Positions 60,701 through 64,000 of a DNA stretch of 64,000 nucleotides are shown one piece after another. The stretch is taken from assembly GCA_004764695.1 (NCBI GenBank), contig SMSO01000025.1, forward strand, positions 1,116,001-1,180,000. Reading direction: 5' to 3'. The stretch is from Schizochytrium sp. TIO01. Its lineage: Eukaryota; Protista; Bigyra: Labyrinthulomycetes. How positions within the stretch are numbered: the first letter of the stretch is position 1; each line of letters opens with the position of its first letter. Below the pieces are notes generated by a model. That model did not search any database. It saw only the letters and a list, made by a program, of their open reading frames with translations, and had not been told where the DNA came from. The translations under genes and the position numbers were made by a program.

Positions 60701-62227
60701 ATGGGCAAGCGTCGCGGTGACGAGGCAGGCATTGACCTCCAGGTTTCTAAAGAGAGCTATGATGCCTCTGAGACTGGAGACTATACGCCTGCCAGCAGGC
60801 TTCCAGAGTCAGGCTCATCCTTTGGCGCTGACAGCTCCACCTTGAAATCTAGGACAATCCGCACAGGCGTGCGTCGCGCCCCCTTCGGAAGCTCCTCGAG
60901 TGCCGCAAAGCCTAGTGGTGGTCTCTTTGCTGGCGTCAACCTTACTGCAGGTCTTTCTAGCACCAGCTCAAGCTCTAACGGCGGTCTCTTTGGCAGCTCT
61001 TCATTTAGTAGTTCGAGCAATGAAGAATCTAACCCAATTAAGTCTTCTTTGACCTCGCTCCCTGAGCCAACCGAGACCAAGACTAAGCCACTCAACTTTG
61101 GATCCAGCAACTCCTCGATGCCTTCATTTGGTTCAGCATCTTCTTCAACGTCTCCGGCGCCAAGCGGGCTATTTTCATCTGGATCCTCGGCCTCAACCTT
61201 GAAGAATGGTGCTTCCGGAAATCTTGGATCTAGCGCGGATTCTGGTGCTTCAGGCAAATCTGAGGAGTACCTTAAGCGCATGGCTGCTCTCAACAAGAGC
61301 TTTACTCGCTGGGTGGATACTGAGATGAAGAAAACTGAGGAGAAACCGCTCGTTGATGGCGTTATGGAGTACCTGCGATATGCCGCCAAGGAGAAGTCTG
61401 ATGAAAAGGCGCGTGCTGGCACTGGTGTGAAGTCTTCAACGAGCAATGGCGCATCTTCTTCATCCTCTGGTCCTGCTGCATCCTCGTCAAGCTCTGGAGG
61501 AGGCCTTTTCTCTAACTCTTCTTCCTCATCGTCTACATTTTCATCACCATTTGCATCCTCGTCCTCCGCTGAAAAGAAGGAATCGACGACTAGCTCGGGT
61601 GGGCTTTTTGGTTCTACTTCATCTTCAAACGGAGGGGGGCTCTTTGGAAGCAGTTCCTCATCCTCAACGTCAAAGCCCTTTGATTTCAGTGGCAAGTCAT
61701 CTGCGCCTAGCGGTCTCTTTGGTGCGAGCAGCAGCGCCAGCACGGGAGGATTGTTTGGCTCCAACGCACCACCAGCATCTAACAACGGTAACAACAACGA
61801 AAATGAAGACGATGGAGACGGTGACACTGCGGCTCAAGAGGGTGAGACCAAGGTGGAAGACAACATTCAGGATGATGAGGTGCAGCTCATGAAGACGCGT
61901 GCCAAGGTGTTCTACCTCAAGGATGGCACATGGGTTAGCAAGGGTCTCGGCGCTCTCTCCCTTCTTCAGGAGAAGGATAGCAAACGTGCATTTATTGTCC
62001 TTCGCAGTGATGCTGGACGTGTCACTGCAAACATTCCTGTCATTAGCTCAATGCAACCTACCGCGGATAAAAAGTCTGTACGATTCGTCGCTGTATCTTA
62101 CTCTGAGGATTCAGACGGAACGCCGAAGGCCGAAAATGAAGGCAAACCTGTACCTTTTATGCTTCGAGTGAAGACGGAAGAGGATGCTGTAGAACTCAAG
62201 ACCAAGATCGAAGAGACGATCGCATAA
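60701..62227 (+). CDS. NUP50: Nucleoporin Nup50/Nup2-like with FG repeats and C-terminal Ran-binding domain
   Basis: N-terminal MGKRRG...LQVSKESYD...SRTIRTGVRR importin-alpha-binding pattern, central MAALNKSFTRWV...EYLRYA motif, GGLFG/FDF repeats, and RanBD KTRAKVFYLKDGTWVSKGLGAL...IVLRSDAGRVTAN. Confidence 0.9.
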   Translation: MGKRRGDEAGIDLQVSKESYDASETGDYTPASRLPESGSSFGADSSTLKSRTIRTGVRRAPFGSSSSAAKPSGGLFAGVNLTAGLSSTSSSSNGGLFGSSSFSSSSNEESNPIKSSLTSLPEPTETKTKPLNFGSSNSSMPSFGSASSSTSPAPSGLFSSGSSASTLKNGASGNLGSSADSGASGKSEEYLKRMAALNKSFTRWVDTEMKKTEEKPLVDGVMEYLRYAAKEKSDEKARAGTGVKSSTSNGASSSSSGPAASSSSSGGGLFSNSSSSSSTFSSPFASSSSAEKKESTTSSGGLFGSTSSSNGGGLFGSSSSSSTSKPFDFSGKSSAPSGLFGASSSASTGGLFGSNAPPASNNGNNNENEDDGDGDTAAQEGETKVEDNIQDDEVQLMKTRAKVFYLKDGTWVSKGLGALSLLQEKDSKRAFIVLRSDAGRVTANIPVISSMQPTADKKSVRFVAVSYSEDSDGTPKAENEGKPVPFMLRVKTEEDAVELKTKIEETIA

Positions 62228-63957
62228 ATCGAGCGAGGCTCTGGACTAGTGCAATAGCACTTGATCTTCGGAAAAATACTGTTTTTTCTTTGGAGGAATC
62301 TCTTTTCCTAACTCACTCTTCATTGTTCACATCACTGCAACGCATTACGCTTAATTGCATGTAACTCTGCAATGATTCTGTTTGATTGTTATCATGTCCC
62401 TTACTCTACTTCTACTTAAGTATTCAGGGACTGTTTGAGCTACCTCCAATGTTTCCACGCGCGGTTATCTTTGTCCTGCCTGCCTTCTAGTGATGCCTTT
62501 CTTTTATGATATGCATCGACCTATTTCATGCAACCTGCCTCATTTAGGCGTGTCGCTTTTTTGATACTCTACCAGAAAACCTCATCAAATCTACTTAGAC
62601 TCATTAGTATTTAGTGCTAGCCACCGAAAATAACTATCTACCTACGTACCTACCAGTTTTCTGCATTTTTGCTTTATATTCTGGAAATCTCCTCTCCAAG
62701 ATTGACTTTGGCTACAATTTAATTTTGCACATGTACATTTTGGTATAGTAAAGCGTAGTACTTTTATTCTCTTGATTAGCGCCTCGACTTGAAAGATCAG
62801 CATGAGTGTGTGAATCAAGCAGAGGTATAAACTGATGGTTGGTATCACTTACAAATACTTCTTAGGCCTCCCCAGCATAGACCCTTGTAAAGGGTCGGTT
62901 GCTTGCAGATAATCTGGACATCAAGCACACAGCGACGCCAATTTGTTTTTGTCATCCAGAACAAATATCTGTGAAGGCAGAATATCATGGGATCTAGCTG
63001 TAGTTTTGAAAAATTATTATTATGCAGGATAAAAACTGCTTATAGTTTCTGATCTTTGTGACGAACCTCCTTTAGGGTGGAGAATCATTCTCTATATGCT
63101 TGTGTCATGAAATACCAAAATCTATGAATTTGATGAATGAAGAGAGCGCATACGGTGCTGCAATCTAAATGATGTATATCGAGCAGCGTAGTATTTAATA
63201 GGTAAATTTATATCGGGTACACCCTTAATCACATAATCTTGAGATAATTCTAAACGTGGAGGCTCATTGTTTGTATTTTGCAAAATTCGAGGCTCATTTT
63301 GAATAAAAGGCCGAACCAACATTGGCTGAAGGTAGCTCTCCCCAACCAATTTTTTTTCGTCAACAATGATTCAACATGGTTGAACAAGATTGGCCGTGCT
63401 CTTTATGAATCACAGTTTTATTTTAATCACTTGGTTCTGCAGGCAATGCTATCAAACAGTTGACAATGAAATGCTGTTGAAAATCGATTTATAAAGAAAT
63501 GGCTGCAAAAGTACATGTATGTACTCAGTACTAGATAATGTGGAGTGGTGTGCACACGCCTTGGACATCATTATTTTCACCAACATAAAGATGAAAATGT
63601 AATGTCCAGTTCAATGGTCCACAAGAGAGTTGAGACTATCAAAATGAGACATTTCGAGATAGTGCAGCGCTCTTTGTCGTGTTCATCATAACTTGAAGTA
63701 CATGCAACTCATTATATCCTGTTATGACGGTATGTAGCAGTAGGTACTGTGTGTAGAAAGAAGCCTATCTAAACAAGCTCACTCCTCATAAGAAGGTACC
63801 TACCTACATACTTACCTACCTACCTTGCAACCATTTAAGTGATTCTAGAAACTCAAGCCAAATTATTGATAGGAGTAGCCCTTTACTGATGAGTGCCTTG
63901 CAACATGTTTTATGTGATCCAATCCAATTGCCATGCTTGCCTCTCCTTTACAATAAA

Positions 63958-63991
63958 CAACACCCTCTCAGCAGCAACACCCTCTCAGCAG
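63958..63991. repeat. 17-bp tandem duplication CAACACCCTCTCAGCAG
   Basis: Two identical copies read directly. Confidence 0.85.
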
Positions 63992-64000
63992 CTGCCAAGG

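Noticed and set aside
60781-61827. 348-aa ORF antisense to NUP50
   Set aside because: Mirror of Ser/Gly low-complexity codons.

Overview
Eukaryotic, intron-poor genomic DNA. Long single-exon genes, C-ending codon bias in housekeeping genes and spacers rich in (GCAA)n/(GCTA)n/(GATA)n suggest a thraustochytrid or related stramenopile protist; this is inference and was not verified. Fourteen protein-coding genes are supported: an orphan helical protein, class III ADH/GSNO reductase with a mitochondrial-type presequence, SURF6, a ZIP4/Spo22/TEX11-like meiotic TPR protein, an ABCC/MRP transporter, a SWIRM-less LSD1/KDM1-like amine oxidase, an acylated LURP-one protein, a BORCS6/BLOC1S3-like protein, a PH/Pro-rich protein, a MAPKK-like kinase with large insertions, a second orphan, a CobW/ZNG1 GTPase, a sigma-class GST and Nup50/Nup2. 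Two genes (ZIP4-like, LSD1-like) need a short 5' exon that the ORF track misses; I reconstructed both from phase-compatible GT-AG introns. The most notable unexplained structure lies in the long spacers. They contain decayed, mutually homologous LRR-like coding relics, including an inverted triplication at about 8.4-10.6 kb whose junction sits on a CCTAC/GTAGG micro-hairpin, and a more diverged copy at about 45.5-46.1 kb. No rRNA, tRNA, CRISPR array or intact transposon was recognised. No database searches were run; family calls rest on motifs recognised by eye.
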